Source of the DNA: Clostridia bacterium | Lineage (GTDB): Bacteria > Bacillota > Clostridia > Christensenellales > UBA1242 | Assembly (NCBI GenBank): GCA_017936585.1 | Contig: JAGBFI010000016.1 | Span: forward strand, 31,577 to 95,576 | Direction of reading: 5' to 3' | DNA: 64,000 nt | Shown here: piece after piece, positions 46,001-61,000 of the stretch | Layout: the number at the start of each line of letters is the position of its first letter | Position numbering within the stretch: position 1 is the first letter of the stretch | Notes under the pieces: model-generated | Database searches by the model: none | Told to the model about the DNA's origin: nothing | The model's input: the letters and a program-made list of their open reading frames with translations, nothing else | Made by a program: the position numbers and the translations under genes

Positions 46001-49000
46001 CTCGTAATACAGCCGATAAAAATTTCACAATTTCGACATCAGTTATGCCGGCTTCTGCCAACGATTTGGAACTTGCTCACGTTTTTGCTGCGTCCGGAAA
46101 TGCTGGAAATCTTGCAATCAATCCAAGCTTGAATGGGCAAACTTTCAACTTAAGCATTGACCCAGAGTTGAGCGATGGTGGCGTTGGTTTTTTGTATCTT
46201 TTGCCACAAGACATGGTGAAAATAGTGAACGGACGTCGTCAAATTTTGCTTTATCACTATGAAACAGACGAAAATGGAAACATTATGACTGATGAAGACG
46301 GCTATTTGAAAGAAACGGCTGTTTACATCAGCGAAAGCGAGATCAACAAAAATTATGACGCAATCATCAATGGTGGGGTTGTTGGCGAGGGCAACGATGC
46401 AAAAGAAGTTTCAAACTTCTTTATCAACAATGACGGAGAAAAAATTTACAACAAAAACATCATTTTGAAAATCAAAGTTATCCTTGCGGATGGCTCGGGC
46501 GAGGACACCGCAATCAGAGTTTACAATGAAAAGGAACTGAAGGATATTGACAGAGGTAATTTCTATTATCAAATCATGAATGACATCACATTGACCTCTT
46601 GGGAAGCTTTTGACAGCTATAATGGCACAATTTTTGGAACTTCAAACACAACGACTTTGACATTTGAAAACGGAAGTCAAAACTTTGTGAAGGTTTTGAA
46701 CGGAACAATCAAAAACCTCATCTTTGCGGGTGAGACAACAAGCACAGCAACTGACTACGCTGGCTTTATTGCAAACACAAACAAAGGGCGTTTGGAAAAT
46801 ATTTCAACAGACATCTATTATGATGGACAGTTTTACAAGAGCAGCACTCTCAACTCAAATGCATCATGCGTGGGTGGACTTGTTGGAAAGAACAACGGCG
46901 TGATTGACTCCTCATTCAGTTTTGGCTTGACAATCAACTCTTCTGCAACAACGGCAGGCGGACTTGTTGGCGAAAATAACGGAACAATTTCAAACTCCGG
47001 CGTGGAATTCTATTCATTCAGAGAGACCCAAACAACTCAAAGGCCTAACTCAATCACAGTCGGTGGAAACGGAGTTGTGGGCGGACTTGTTGGTTTGGCT
47101 TCTGAGGGAAGCAAAATTGAACGCTCATATGTTTATGCATATCCTTTGACAGAAAACGGAATTGTTGTTGACAATCTTGTGTATAACGGCAACATGGCTT
47201 TGTTTGTTGGAATTGGAAACGGTGCGACAAGCGTTTCAGAAAGCTTTGCGTTTGCCGGAGATTTGACAACCACAGTTTTGAGTTTCTCAGAAAATGTGCG
47301 TTTCAGCAATTCGTATTATATTTACAGAGGCTTCTCTGGAAAATCAATGAAATTCTTGACGACAAACAGCACATTAAACTCAATCACATTGACCACTGAC
47401 GGCGCAACGATTTCTGGCAGATGGGACGATGCGGTTGGCTTGCTTGACAAGTCGATTTGGCAGACAGAAGAGATTGATACACAAATCAACTTTGGCTTTA
47501 TGTATTTGAAAAACATTGCTCAAAGTGTGGCAGTTGATTTGGATGAAGTGCAAATTCAAAACAACACTTCTCCACTTCAATCTTTGCAAGTGGATACGGA
47601 ATCTGGAATTTTGTTTGTTTATGCTCCACAAGCAATAATCAGCAATCCAGCTGAACTTTCCGAACTTGAATCTTACAACACAATTTCACTTGCGAAACTG
47701 TTTGGTTTGACAGAGAAGCAGGCAAGAAGTTTGCTTGTTTCAAGCGAAAACACAAATGTTGCGCTTTCCACAACCTCTTTGAGAATGCTTAGCACAACAA
47801 CAAGCGAATTTACAATCACGGTTCATTCAAAAATGGATTTGACAAACAGCAAGCCACTCAAGTTTATTGTTCTCAACAGTTTGCCAGAAATGACAACAAA
47901 AATTGATGGAGAAGAACTTCTCGACGGGCAAATTGTGATGCTTCAAAAGAGCAAGGAACTTGACATTTCTTACACTTTGAAAAATGTGATTTATTTGAAC
48001 GGACAAGACTATCTCATCGACAGAGACGAATATGACATTGCTTTCACTTTGAACGGGCTTGAAACCACAGAAGACGATTATCTTTCTGCTGTGAAGAGCA
48101 ACAACGCGTTGCAACTTACTGGCAAAAACAGCCATGAGAAAGCGAACCCAAGTTTCATCTCTTCTTGGCTTGCAGTTGACAGTCTTGAAAGAAGATATGC
48201 CGCAGCGGTTGCAAATCAAAGAAAGAGAGAGTTTGAGGTTGCGGTTTACAACGGCGCCACAGATTTGAGAGTTGCAAATGCAAAGAATTTGGAATTTAAA
48301 CCATCAGAATATGCATCGTTTGATGTAATTATGGCAACGGATAACGCAGAGGACAATCTTGTGTTGACTCTGAAAATGGGTGAACTTCAATGGACAAGCA
48401 GAGAGGATGTAAATTCAGCGGTTTTCGAAATCAACAGCAGCTTGAAGATTGATGCTTCTTGGTCTTATGTTGAAGAGGTTAACGCAAGAAGATATACGGT
48501 TGTTGTTAAGGTTGACAACAGTTGCAAACATCTTGTTTCAAGTGATGTAAATTTTGAAATTTTGGTGAATGCGCTCAGCCAAATTGACAACACAAACTAT
48601 GTGAAGGCTGTTGGCATGACATTGAAAACTCAAAATGTTGATAAAGTGATGATAAATGCCTATTCAATCGATTCTCGCCGCATTGTATCTTCAGTGCTTT
48701 ATTTGGCAACGGCAAACAAAATTATCAGCACGCTTATGCCAGCAAGTGACGCAATCTTGGCTGTCAGTGTGCGCCCTGAATTTGCTTTGATGACACACTT
48801 CACTGTCACATACAGTGTTGTCAGCGAGGGCAAAATTGGAATCATCAATTTAACAAAACTTTCAAATGATTCAAGATATGGCTTCTATGTTGACTCACGA
48901 AACACAACATATTTGACAAACGGAATCAGAGTGGATTTGACTGACACGGATCGTGCTTCAAGGGGTGACTATTATTTCAGAATGTATGCTTCAAGTGCGT

Positions 49001-52000
49001 TTGGTGATGACAGCAGCGTGCTTTTGACAGTGACATATTACAACGGCGACGAGGTGCTTAAAATCGCGACAAAAGAGATGCAAGTTGACTATATGAAGAA
49101 TGCGACAGTTTTGGTTGAAGGCGCGGAAAGATATCTTCTTGCAAAGGGAGAAAGTGCAACCGTGACGATTTCAGTTGGCGCTGACCAAAGGCTTGCAAAC
49201 CTCTATCTTGAAGGTAACGGAACAAACATCTCTCTTTCAAGTTGGTTAGAAAAACTTGAAGGAAACACCAGAACCTACACAGCAACGCTTGTGGCTCACG
49301 TGGACGCAACTGTTTTGGATAAGGATGGAAATCATAAGTCAACGGGAGTGTTCTATGTTTGTGCAAACGTTGAAAGAGTTCTCAATGGAGAGCAAGAAAT
49401 CAAAACAAGCCGTGCGGTGGTCGGTTTGATGGATTTCACTTTGAACGAAGGCGAAATTTCACTCGCTGCAAGTGACGGTACAACAACATATAATGGAAAA
49501 GAATATGACGTTCTTTACACATACATCGGGGCGAGTACAACGCTCAGCTTCAACTATCCAATTATGCCAGAGGACTATAACTATGACGTCAACGATGCAA
49601 ACGAAGTGGAAGAAATGAAGCGAATTTTGCAAGAAAGACAAAAATTCTTATTGAAAAACACTTATGCAAACGAGGATGTTCAATATTACATCAACTATGA
49701 ATATGACAGAACAACGGCGACGTACAAAGAACTTACATTGAAAGAACAACTTTATTTTGCAAGCAACGAAGACGACGCAACAGCGATTTATTCTTCAAAC
49801 TCTGGGCTTCGCGACAACGATTTATTCACGATTGATGAAGAAAATGTTGGAAATGTTGCAGGGGTTGAAAACGCCACAGAACTTGTTATTCGCGGAACAA
49901 CAACGGGCAGACAACTGATGAAACTTGAAACGATTGTTATGTATGAAGGACAAGTTTTGAGAAGAATCCCATACTATTTTGTGATTGTTGTTGACACATG
50001 GACGGACGAAGAAACTCCAACATGCATCAACACAGCGGAAGAATTTATTGAATATGCAACAGAATCAGAAAAGCCAGATGATTACATTTTGATGAACGAC
50101 ATCGTGCTTGAGGACTATGAGCCGCTTTCAACAGAACTTATATCATCTTTGGATGGGAATGGCTACACAATCCATTTGAACAGCTTTAAAGAGCAAACTG
50201 GCAGCTCAGTCAACTATGCTTTGTTCTCTGAAGTTGCTGAAGGAACAACACTTAAGAATGTCCGTGTCAACATTTATGGCGGAGGACAAATCACTGTCAA
50301 TGTTGCACAAGGGGCAACCAGCAGGGTTTACGCTGCGGGTTTTGCAATCATAAACAACGGAATTATATACAACTGCGAGGTTGTATCCTATTTCAGTGAC
50401 CATCAAAAGACAGCCATCTCTGGCGCGACAGGACTTGTGGTGAAATATGTTGATGGTTTGAACACTGACCCAATTCAAATTTCTGGAGCAAGAGAAATTG
50501 AAAGTGTTGTTGCGGGATTTGTTTATGAAAACAACGCATCAATCACAAACAGCCGTGTTGGTGGCGAGAGCTTCAGATATATCAAAGATATTGCGGGACA
50601 AGATTACATTGCAACTCAAAAGCTTGGAACTTTCACTTTGGAAGGACAAGGCGAGGTTGCCGGATTTGTTGCAACAAACGCTGGCTACATCAGTGCATCA
50701 TTTGCGGACAATATGCAAATCAACAACATGATGAATTCAAACATATCTGCAACAGCTGGCTTTGCACTTTACAACACTCAAAACATTCAGAACAGCTATA
50801 TTGAAGGCGTGGGAATCATTGAGGATGAAAACAACAACAAGATTGTTGAACATGACCTCACAAACATCACATCTATTGGTGTTGTTGCGGGCTTTGTTTA
50901 TGACAACTCAGGGCTTGTGAAAAATTCTTATGCAAACATTGCAATCGAGAACACAAAAACAAAACCAGCATATGCTTCCGGCTTTGTTTACACAAATCAG
51001 ACTGCCGGAGAAATCACGCTTTGCTACACTGCTTGTGCAATTTCAAAGAGTGACGTCAACCAGTTGCCATTCTCAGGTGTGAGCAGCTCAACAACCTCTC
51101 TCAACTATGGCAAAATCACACTTTCATATTTCTATAATTCGACAAAAATTGACGACACAAGCGAAAGCAGTTTGACCTCAGGGGCAACTCCAGTGACAGA
51201 AATTTTGTCCGACCCAGAAAATGCACTTTATGGCTTCAGTTTTGCTTCTTCCGATGATGCTTATGACGGCATATGGACAAAAACTGACAACGGAATCACT
51301 CTTGTCAGTGCAAACAAGATTGCATTCTCAAATCGCTATTCAGTTTATGATGAAAAAACTCAAATGACATCGATTTTCTATAACAAGTCAATCAGAGATG
51401 CAGAAACTCTCATCAGCGAAAACCTTTCTTATGGAAGCGAAAACAACCCAATCATCATCAGAAATGCCTATGACTTTGCTGTGGCAACGGGCGCTGCAAC
51501 TTCAAAAGAAATTTCAGCATATAAGGAATATTACACAAGCAAAGAAGTGTTTGGAAATTATAGGGTTGTCAACGACTTGGCATTTGACGATGAAAACGTT
51601 GACCAAAACGCAACAAGCGAAGGGAAAGCAAAACTTACAACAACAGAAAAAACATTCTCTGGAATTTTGGATGGAAATGGATTCACAATTTCAGCAATCA
51701 ATTTGGGAAGTAGCAAGGATGTTGAAAACTTTGGTCTGTTTGCAAAACTCAATGGTGCAGTTGTGATGAATCTGAATCTTATCGTTGACTCAGTGCACAA
51801 CTCTCAAGCAACAATTGTGGGAACTTTGGCAGGAACAGCGATTGACTCTCGAATTATTGCCATTTCGCTTGCTCCAATCTCAACTCAAGGAAAAGGTGAA
51901 AGCACTTTGATTGAAGGTTTCAACATTGTTGGTGGCGTTGTTGGAATGTTGTTTGGAGAAAGCAAGATTCATGACATTGAAGTGAAAAACATCGAAATCT

Positions 52001-55000
52001 TCTCTGGTGATCATGATGCAAGCAAGACGATTGGCTCAAACAGTGTAGCAGTTGCAGGAATGAGAGCTCTTGCTCAAGAAAACAAATCTCTTGATGCACA
52101 AGCGGAAACCCTTTCATATGCGGGCGCAGTTGCCGTATATGTGGACATTTATGACAATGTCAACAACGAAAAAGTGAAATATTCATCTTTGAAAGCCAGT
52201 GACTATGACATCGTCACAGTTCACGTGACAGACTCAGTCAACATCTACGGCGAGGTTGCTGGAGGATTGTTTGGATACGTTGGCGATTCGACATATGTCT
52301 ATGACGCAACGCTTGAGCTCGATTCAAATGATGATTTGGAAAACCCTTCTTACATCATTTCAAAAAATCTCTATGCGGGTGGTTTGATTGGTGAAAACTA
52401 TGGCGGATTGTTCGCTGTTTATGCAAGCCATGAAAAAACTCTTCAAGACGAAATTGAAGAAAGCGAAAATGACTATTACACAGGCGAAAATGTGGATGCA
52501 GAAAGAGGACAAATGTCAATCTTCTCATACACAGAAAAAGACGCGCACGTCAAAAAGAGATATGATGACCCACTCTATATCGGCGGTCTTGTTGGATATA
52601 TGGGCGGCGGATACATCAATGTGGGATACAACAAACTCAACGTGATTTCACGCTCTTCAGCAACAAAAGCGGTGGGTGGCTTGATTGGTGTTGTTGCAAA
52701 CAACGAAACAACCTTCGAACTTTTGTCTCTCACAAACGCTCCACGTGTGAACATCTATTTGAAAGATGTTTATGCTTCTGGCGATTTGTATGCTGACGGA
52801 ACAAACACAACAAGTGCGGGAATTGTTGGTGCAATTTGCAACGACCCTGCAATTGGAATGAAAAACGTGCTTGCAATGAATTATTATTCATACAATGGGA
52901 CGACTCTTCTTGGCGATACTGCCGCAACAGTAAATGCACAAGGAGTTGTTGCCAGCGACAAGCATTTTATGCTTATCGGAAAAGCATACAATGCAAATGT
53001 GGATGCAATTTCTGAGCAGGCAAACTTGAATTCAAACATCTATGTCATCACAAGTGCAGACTCATACACAAATGTCAGAACTGGAGAACCTAAAGTTGCA
53101 ACAGGTTCTGCAACGGTGGGCGGTTATAGTTCAATTTCAATTGGGGCAGGCTCTTCATCTGCGGTTTCTGTCAGCCTTTCTCAATTTGGATTTAAACTCA
53201 ATGACAGAGCAATTGCAATGAGTTCAGACATCATCTTAAACAGCGAACATATCGGTGACAGCTGGATGGAAGAAATGCCAACCGCATATGTGCGTTTCTC
53301 ACAATATTTCCTCGAAAACGGATGGCAAGAAGAATATTGGGTTCACACTCAAGACGAACTCTTCCCTCACATAGAACTTTTGACAAAATCAAACATTGTT
53401 TATTGGGATGTTTTCAACACAAGAGAGGTTCTTACAAAGATGGCATCTGATGACGCTTTGACGGTTATTGTCAGAGGAAAAGTCAGCCAAACAGAAAACG
53501 ATCACGACTATGCAGATATCGACCTTCGTGCCTCTGCTTCAGATGTTGATGGACTTTTGAACTTTGAAACCTTGACAAACTTCAATGGAACTCTCACTTC
53601 TTATTATCAATACATGAACGAAGACGGAAATGTGTTTGTGACCAACGCGGCAGAAGGCAATGTTGGTGGAGAGGCGGGAGATCGTCCTGGAATTATTCTT
53701 GACAAGCCAATGTTTGAGAACATAAGTGGAAATAAAAACACAATCGAAGGGCTGAACATCTATTTCGTCCCAGGTAAGAATGCTGATGGGGCTGAGCTTA
53801 ACGACATCAACTATTCTTTTGTTGAAAATGAAACAAACAAGGCAATCTTCAATGATATTAATCTTATTTATAACAACAATGTTGCGTTGACAACCAATGT
53901 TGTTGAAAGTGCAGACAAGATTGTTGCAAACGCAGGGTTGGTTGCTCCAAAAGCAGATTCAACAACTTTCATCAACATCAATGTGACAATGAGGAATGAA
54001 AGTTCAATCACTTTCAACACTGAGGCGCTTCCAGCACAAACTGAGGGCACTGCACCAAAGTCAACAGAGGTTTATCTTGGAATTATGGCTGGCTATATTG
54101 CCCAAAGCGCTGACTTCAATGCAATCAGTGTTGAAGGAATCAATTTTGACAATGGGGTTGAGGCAAGCGTTGACTCAATTCAAATCAATGTGACAGGAAA
54201 CAACTCAAGTTATGACTCCTTGTATTTCGGACTTTACGCAGGAAGAATTTACAAGACAGTTGGTGGAACCTCAAAGATTTCTGTTGGACTTTCAAGTCTC
54301 AACAGCGTGAACATTAATTTGCAGAATATGGCGAAAGAGAACAACTATGTTGGCGGGTTTGTTGGTGACTTGCAAGGCGTTGAACAAGCAACCTTGCAAT
54401 CATCTGTGGTTAAACCTGGCAGCACGGGTGTTTCAATCATCCTGGAGAATGCCACGGTTGACTCTTTCTATGGTGGGCTTGCATTTGGCCGTGTTGACAA
54501 TTCCACAATAACAATCTCTGCTGGTGACGGCAAGGGTGAACTTCTTGGAGGAATTTATCAAAAGGGTGCTGTTTATATTGGCAGAACAAACATTGGAGCG
54601 ATTGCAGGATGGACAAATTCTTCAATCACTGTTCAAGGTTTGGCAGCGACTTTCAATGTTGGTAGACTTATAAGACTTGGCGAAAACAAATGGATTTTTA
54701 AAGATTATTTGACCAAATCAAATCCAGAAAATGATGAAGAAACAATTTTTGACTTGAATAAATATGATTATTCTCTCAGCGCTTTCACCACAGGCGGAGA
54801 TGTCAACGACAGCATTGGTGGATATTTTGGATATGTTGACAGCGGAAGTTTGTTGAAAATCACTGGTGCAGTTCAAGTTGATGGTGTGATTGATGTCGCA
54901 ACTGTTTATGATGAAAATGATGAAACAGAAACGATTTCAGTTGGTGGACTTATCGGGAAAATCACAGGCGCGGTTGAAACAAACATGAGTCTGTCAAACA

Positions 55001-58000
55001 ATTTGGACATTTCAGTTCAGGAAGATTTTGATTCGACTAAAAATTCAGTTTATTCAGCAACAGCTTATGTTGGAGGTGTGATTGGTTGGGTGCAAAGTGT
55101 GACATCTGATGAAAGTGAGACGCCAAGTTATCCATCGAATTACTTTGTGAAAATCAACCAAAACTCTTCAAATTATGTCAGATACAACGGAACAGTTCTG
55201 TCCGCAGTGAATGACCTTGTTTTTGGTGGAACAATTGGAATGGTTTCAAGAGGAAATTTCTTCAATGCAAACTATCCTGTTGCAATCTCAAATGCTGTTT
55301 ATGGCGGGGCTGTGAAGGCTTATGGAGACAAACTTGCTGGTGGCAAGTTGACTGTCGGAGGTGTTGTTGGAGAATATGGAGAAAAGGTAAATCCTTCAAA
55401 TTTGCCATGTTATTACACTATCACAAAGTCATATTCATATGGAGATGTGTTTGTTAACTATCGTGAAGTGAATGCACAAAAACAGTATGTGAATGACAGA
55501 TTAAGTACATATAACTTCGGAGGAATCGTTGGTTCTGCATCACGTATTGCAATCTCAGACTGCTCTTCAATTATGACGTCATTCAACAACAAAGTTCCTT
55601 ATGGAACAAACCTTTCATCAACAACAATTGGTGGATATTCAGTTGGAGCAATTGCAGGAGAAAGCAGCGGAGCGGCAATCTATTCAAACAACAAATATTC
55701 TTCTGGAGTTTCTCTTGCATATCAATTGCAGGACGGAAACCAGGATGTCCTTTATGGTGACTCTGAAGGAGCATATGTCGGATACACAAATCAAGTTGCA
55801 AAGGGAACTGAGGGCGAAACTCTCACTCTTCCAACAACAACAGAAAACATCTTGGATTTGTTTGCAGATTTCTTAACTTCGGAATCTGGGGAAGGACACA
55901 AACTGAATCCATATATGTGGGATGAAACTGATGAAGTAATCACATCAGCTTCAAACAAGACATTGGTTGGATCAAAAACACTTTCTTCTTCTCATAACAT
56001 CTCATGGGTGGCTCTTGCAAAAGATCTTGCTGGTGACAACAAGAGAATTTCCCCTGTGACTGACAATTTGACAAATGTTGCTTTTGTCGGCAACGGACAT
56101 ATCATTGAAATTGAAGACGAAAGACAGGTTGGAAAACTAGATGAAAACTCAACACTTTCAGATGCAAAAGATTTGGGTGCATTTGTCAATTCAATGGGTG
56201 TTAAATATAATTTAGATTTGAATGATTTATCATCAAACAGACCAAATTTCAATTTAGTTTCAGGCATGATTTTGGATTTGAATGTCAACGAAGTTGAAAT
56301 CAATGGTGGAGCATATTCTTATGGCGGTGTTGCAGGACGCAGCTATGGAAACTCATTCGTTTATGGTGTTGGAGTTCAAGGCACACTGTCTGTTGGTGGA
56401 AAAGATGACCAGCTTCTTTTGGCAGGCATCATCGGCTCAATGGATGAAGGGTTCATAAATGAGTGCTATGTTGACGCGCACATCTCATATCGTGCCGCAG
56501 AAGGGGGCTATGTTTCTGGAATTGCAAATGTTGCTGACTTTAACACAACTATAAAAGCAACATATTCTTCAGGCTTGATTGAAGCATACACAAATGTTCC
56601 AATCTATACTTTTGCATTCTCTTCTGAAAACACTAGCAACGCAACTCAGAATGCACTGATTGATTGCTATTCAATCACTCAAACAAAGAGAACAAATGTG
56701 TTCAGTGATGCTTCAACGGTTAACGAGGGTGTTTATTTCATCAATTTGGACACAAGCAATAAGTTTGACACATCAAGGTTTAAAACTTATGGCGAAGTCG
56801 TGCATGGTTGCTATGATGTGAGTGAAGCGTTGGCTGCGGACAGTATGGCGTTGGCTTACTATCAAGATGATTTGAGTGAAAGAAAATTGACGATAGATTA
56901 TGCTGATGAAGGAGAGAAAACATACTCTTCTTGGTACTTCTCTCCTTATGTTAACTATGGATATGCGGCACATGGATTTGGCTATCTGAAAAATGTAACA
57001 ACCTACACAAGAGCGGTTGTTGAGGCAGAAACGGCGACAGAAGAGGGCGCTGAGGTTGGTGCGACAGAGACAGATATCCCTGTTTATGATGCGGATGAAT
57101 ATGAATACACAGCAGTTTCCTATTCTGATATTTTGGCAAACGGCGCAAGCGACACCTTTGGAAATGTTGCAAAAGATGAAAGCAAATGGTGGTATTTGGG
57201 TGTTCCAAATGCAGGCAAGTTTGGACAGATGATCAGCACAATTGAGACGGGAAGCGAAAACTATGACAAAAACTATAGATTTGTTTTGCGTTATGGGTTT
57301 GATATGTCAAACTTTGCAGCTCTGCTTGGTAAGGATGTTGGAAAAGAGACCATGAGTCTTGTGATTGACGGAAATGGAAACACACTTAACTTTGAAAACA
57401 ACGGAGGCCTTTCAACAGCTCTGTTCAAAACGATGAACGGAAGTGTTGACAACCTGCGTCTTGTTGGAATCAAATCGTCTGCAAAAGGAACTCTTGCGGA
57501 AATTGTGAATGGAAGCATCACAAACATCACGGTTGTGGGCGAACTTACTCCTTCCGCGGGTCCTGCCGGTGGTGTTGTTGGAGAACTGAACGGAAGCGCA
57601 ACCAATGTTGAAGCTGTGGTGAACATTGACGGAAGTACTTCAATTATGGGCGGTGTTGTAGGAAAGATGACAAGTGGAATAATTTCCTACTCTTCAAACA
57701 GCGGAAGAATCGTGAACACATCAACTACAGGCTCTGGATTTAACATCGGACAAATTCAGTCAAATGGAGAATTCTTGGGTGCGGTTAATTCAACTGTGAC
57801 GGGTGGTGTTGTTGGCGTTGCGGATGGCGGCAAAGTTGAATTCTCATACAACGCGAACGCTGTTTTGGGCGGATACACAATAAGCACAGCTGGAAAGTAT
57901 GTTGTTGGTGGAGTTGTCGGCTATGCAAATGGGGTGACAATCAATCATGCATACAACACTGGTCTTGTTGGAGCTGGAAATTACACAAGCGAAGACACAA

Positions 58001-61000
58001 TTTCATATGCAGGTGGAATTGTTGGTTATGGTGCAAGCGGCAGCGTTTCAAACAGCATCAATGACGCACAGGTTGAGGCAATCAACAAATTTAACAAAAA
58101 TAAGTCAAAGCTTTCTTACTCATTGAAATCTGGTGCGGAGGAGACAACAGAATATAGTGCAAATCCAGCCCCTTTGAGTTACAGCGTGACAATGACATAC
58201 AATGACGGATTGGCAAGACACGTTTATGCTTATGGCGTGGGCTTCATGGCGAGCGGAAGCATTGAAAGCAGCAGCTCTTCAACTGACAATATCAAAAATG
58301 ATGGAAACATTGGTCAGGTGACAGACACACAAACTCTGACCTTTGATCGTGCGGCAATGCTTGATAATGGCGGGAATGAAAAATATCAAGCGATCTACAA
58401 TGCCGGAACAAAAGGAGATGACGGCTTTGGGAATGCAACATACACAAAAGAACTGTATATCAGTGGATATGACTCATACGGTGTGCCAGCCCGTGTCTAT
58501 ATGAATGACAACATGACAAGGATTTACAATGACGACACGTTGCTTGGCTATGCAAAAAAACATGTGGATTATGACTACGGGCACTGGTATGGAGCTTTGT
58601 TTGGTTGGGGCTATACTCGAGCTCAGAGAAGTTATGCTGTTGTTGCGGATTCTTCTGGGAAGACCTCCTCAAAACAGGATGCAACTTTGCAGAGTGACAA
58701 GACTCTTTTTGCTTCTGGCACTGCTGAATTTAATAGGACGTATTATCTCTCAGCTGAAACACAATATTATTCTTCAGTTGAATTCCAGGAATATGACACC
58801 AAACTTTCAAATGCAGGAGGGGTTGGTTGTGTTGCTGGAGTAACTTGTGGAACGTCTTATTCAAGAGTAAATTCAACAATTGAAAAACAAATTGAAAAAA
58901 TTGATGAAAAGAATGAAAATGGTGCAGGAATGCAAATTCTTTCAATCAATGGAGAGAATGTTGCTGTTGTCAAAAACAAACAAAATGTGCAAGCTGTTCT
59001 CGCTCCGGCATCATTGACATTTGGTCCTATTGAAATTGAAATTTTGGATGAAAAAACTGACTTTGAGTCCATCAAGGAAAGTGATTTGGCAATCAGTGTT
59101 ATCAAGAACGTTGGTGGGGTTGAGAGCGATGTTGGATATCAATTCTATGACCTCATCCAGTTTGCAAAGAATGCAGAGGAGAGAACAATCACTGTTGAGG
59201 GAACAATCTTTTTCACCAGCAGTGTTGAAGGAGATATCTCTGTTAAAACTGCAATTGACTATAGTTCTGTTATTGGATCTTTTGAACTTAGAAAGAACAA
59301 TCTGTATATAGATGAAAGCGGAAAAACAATAATTGATCTTGGGGAAACTGTCGTGTTTGAAGAAAATGTGACATCTTACAGTTACTCAATCAATGATACA
59401 GAATATATTTTCGACCGTGATGAAGAAAACAATATGCTTATTTACAATGGAAGAGAAAATTTAATAGAGTTGTACAGCGGAAATGCTACATTGATTATTT
59501 CAAGGACAAAACAAGTTGCTCGCAAAACAACAATTGAAGCAAAATTCACAACGACTTCAGAAACTCAGGAAGAGGCAATTGGTGCGGCAGAATATACGAC
59601 AGAAACTCTCACTCTTATCGGATATACCACAGGCACTTTGGGAAATCTCTCATTTGAAGATGTCACAGCAGCAATCGTTGACTCAGATTCTGGGGAAGAA
59701 CAAACAATTGTGACAGGAAAGAAAATTGCTCTTGAAAACATTTTGAGTAAATTTGGAAACACTTCAAAACTTGCATTTGGTGACAATTCAAACTATATGG
59801 TTTCTTACAACAATGGAAGATGGAGTGTTGTGGACGACAGCCTTGACGATGGAGTTTTGGTTTCAATTGAACAAGGATATTTGGTTTTTTCATCTTCAAC
59901 AACTGATGGAACAACAGAAACAAAAACTGATGTTGTGATTGACGAAACGTTCTTGGCAAATATGGCATACTGGCAGGTTTATTACGCAAAAACTGGAACA
60001 ATTGCAAGTGAAACAGGATATTCTTATATATCCAGAAATTATGCAGGTGAAATGTTTAATCTGACTTTTGCGCCTGCGGACAACGGAGATTTCAAAATCA
60101 ACACATATTCTCAGAAAGTTGAATATAGCGGATCGAATTTTGAAGCATCAACTGGAACAAATGTTGAAACTGTCACAACAAACTTTTGTGGAATTGATTT
60201 TGTTTCAAAGAAGGTTCCAATCACATACAGCAAGCTTCTTTCAGCTCAAGCAATATTGAGAAAAGCGAATGTGGGATATGAATTGAGCGTGACGGATTCA
60301 CAGGGAAAGCTTAAATTTGTAAAACAAGGATATGTAGGAGATTCCGTAAGCACATCAGTAGATTTGCCAAGCACAGCGTCTTCAGGAGATGTTGTTAGGT
60401 TTACAACATTTAAGCAAAAAATTTATGAAGGCACTGAGGAACTTACAAACTATATTTATGCGACAGGAGAGTCAAACAGCATTTCGTTCAGAAGTTATTC
60501 TGAGTCCGGTGATGAAGAAGAAAATGAATCAGAAACAATATCGTATTCAGTGACGAAAACAAAGTATCCGGAAACTGTTACAGATGGAGAATCATCAATT
60601 ACATCAGATAATTGTCCTTATTGCGGGGGAACTTGCAATTCGATTTCAACGAGAAAGGACTATATGAAAGATAATTGGGTTAGAGATGATGTGATGTATA
60701 ATTATGTATACACTATTTATGATTGTGGGGTTATTGAGGTTGAATATACCGACATATCAAATTCGGAAACTACAGGTAAAAAGTTTGTGTATAAAACGAT
60801 CAATGGAAATGTGACGATGGATGAATATACTATGGTTCAAAGTGCAGAAAAGTCTTATGTTACAGATGCAAGTGGAAATCGTATTGATACGAACGGAGAT
60901 GGAGAAATCAACGAAGATGATATGCAATACTCATACTCATGGAAGCAAGAATCTGGAGTTGAATTGAATTTTGATTACATGCAGAAATATGGTGACATTA

